From an uncultured Solirubrobacteraceae bacterium (GTDB lineage: Bacteria; Actinomycetota; Thermoleophilia; Solirubrobacterales; Solirubrobacteraceae): a stretch of 64,000 nt of DNA. The translations under genes and the position numbers were made by a program. Under the pieces are notes generated by a model, which did not search any database, was not told the DNA's origin, and saw nothing but the letters and a program-made list of their open reading frames with translations. The stretch is from NCBI GenBank assembly GCA_963737025.1, contig CAVTRA010000002.1, forward strand, positions 276,856-340,855, given 5' to 3'. Shown here piece after piece: positions 63,005 to 64,000 of the stretch; the stretch's first letter is position 1; each line of letters starts with the position of its first letter.

Positions 63005-63973
63005 ATGCTGAGCGCCCCGCTCGCCGTATCTACGGACATCTCCGCTGCGTTCCAGCTGGGCCCGCTGGCGATCTTCGGCCTGCTCTATGCGAGGCGCGCG
63101 CGCACGCTCGCCGAGGACGACCACCCCGTGCCAGGCTGGCGACAGGCGTGCTTCTATAGCGGCGTCGTCGTGATCGCGGCAGCGCTCACGTCGCTCGGCG
63201 CCGCCAGCCAGGACCTGCTGTGGGTGCACATGATCGAGCATCTGCTGCTCGGTGACGTCGCGGCGCTGCTGATCGTGCTCGGCCTCACCGGGCCGCTGAT
63301 CGCACCGATCCTGCGCATCCGTTTCTTCGATCGCCTGCGTGTGCTCGCACATCCCGCCGTCGCGTTCCCCCTGTGGATGATCGACCTGTACCTGTGGCAC
63401 CTGCCGGTCTTCTACGAAGCCGCACTGCGCCACTCGGGCATCCACGCGCTCGAGCACGCGATGTTCCTCGGCTTCGGGATCAACATGTGGATGCCGCTGT
63501 TCGGCCCGCTGCCGATGCCCAAATGGTTCGGCAACCTCGGCAAGCTGATCTACATCGTCGCTGTGCGCCTCGCCGGCACCGTGCTCGGCAACATCTTCGT
63601 GTGGTCCGGCACGATCTTCTATTCGTTCTACATCCCGGGCGACGCCCATTACCACATCTCCCCGCTGGCCGACCAGAGCATCGCCGGGGCGATCATGATG
63701 ATCGAGGAGTCGATCCTGACGCTCGGTCTGTTCTGCTGGCTGTTCCTGCGTACAGCGCACGAGAGCGAGGAACGCCAGGAGCTGCTCGAGTACGCCCACA
63801 CGCGTGGTCTCGAGCTCAGCGAGGAGCGCGCCGCGCGCGCGGTCGCCGCCGGCCGCGGCGCCGAGCTGCGCCAGCGCCTCGAGTCGCGCGCCGAGGCGTA
63901 CGCCCGGGTGGAGGCGGCGTCGCACGCGTCCGACCCCCTGCCCGCAGGTTCCGGGCCGCCCGAGCGCGCCTGA
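63005..63973 (+). CDS. ctaG: Cytochrome c oxidase assembly protein (CtaG/Caa3_CtaG family)
   Basis: LWVHMIEHLLLGD, YLWHLP..YEAAL, HALEHAMF, DQSIAGAIM. The real start is ATG 63005 within the track's 718-aa shadow ORF. Confidence 0.88.
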   Translation: MLSAPLAVSTDISAAFQLGPLAIFGLLYARRARTLAEDDHPVPGWRQACFYSGVVVIAAALTSLGAASQDLLWVHMIEHLLLGDVAALLIVLGLTGPLIAPILRIRFFDRLRVLAHPAVAFPLWMIDLYLWHLPVFYEAALRHSGIHALEHAMFLGFGINMWMPLFGPLPMPKWFGNLGKLIYIVAVRLAGTVLGNIFVWSGTIFYSFYIPGDAHYHISPLADQSIAGAIMMIEESILTLGLFCWLFLRTAHESEERQELLEYAHTRGLELSEERAARAVAAGRGAELRQRLESRAEAYARVEAASHASDPLPAGSGPPERA

Positions 63974-64000
63974 TCGCTAGGCTGCTGACATGTGCGCCGG

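Overview
High-GC bacterial chromosome segment. The gene set (actinobacterial-type mihF, pyrR-carB cluster, cysteine-rich propeller surface proteins) fits an actinobacterium of the Thermoleophilia/Solirubrobacterales type; this is inferred from gene style, not from a database search. Bases 1-47.7 kb are mostly a minus-strand housekeeping backbone: miaB, recA, thpR, cinA, rodZ-like, ftsK, rnj, dapA, dapB, M16 peptidase, pnp, rpsO, ribF, truB, nrnA, rbfA, infB, ylxR, nusA, rimP, coaBC, rpoZ, gmk, mihF, the pyr/car operon and rnz. This backbone is interrupted by small islets encoding secreted proteins and by one two-component system. After tRNA-Arg(CCG) at 47655-47727 the window is accessory: an antiporter, a lipase, an F420-type reductase, lgt, a putative FHA / 11x-Ig-repeat / PsbP-like surface locus, and a cluster of uncharacterised His-motif proteins divergent from ctaG. 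Features the ORF track does not show: (1) three structured palindromic elements, each overlapping a stop codon, one of which appears to supply the start of the histidine kinase; (2) a ylxR gene with no canonical start codon; (3) a one-base frameshift in pyrK; (4) a PyrR-binding RNA, a LexA box and a rimP attenuator; (5) a repeated leaderless-type promoter pattern. No CRISPR array, integrase, transposase or recognisable defence system was found.
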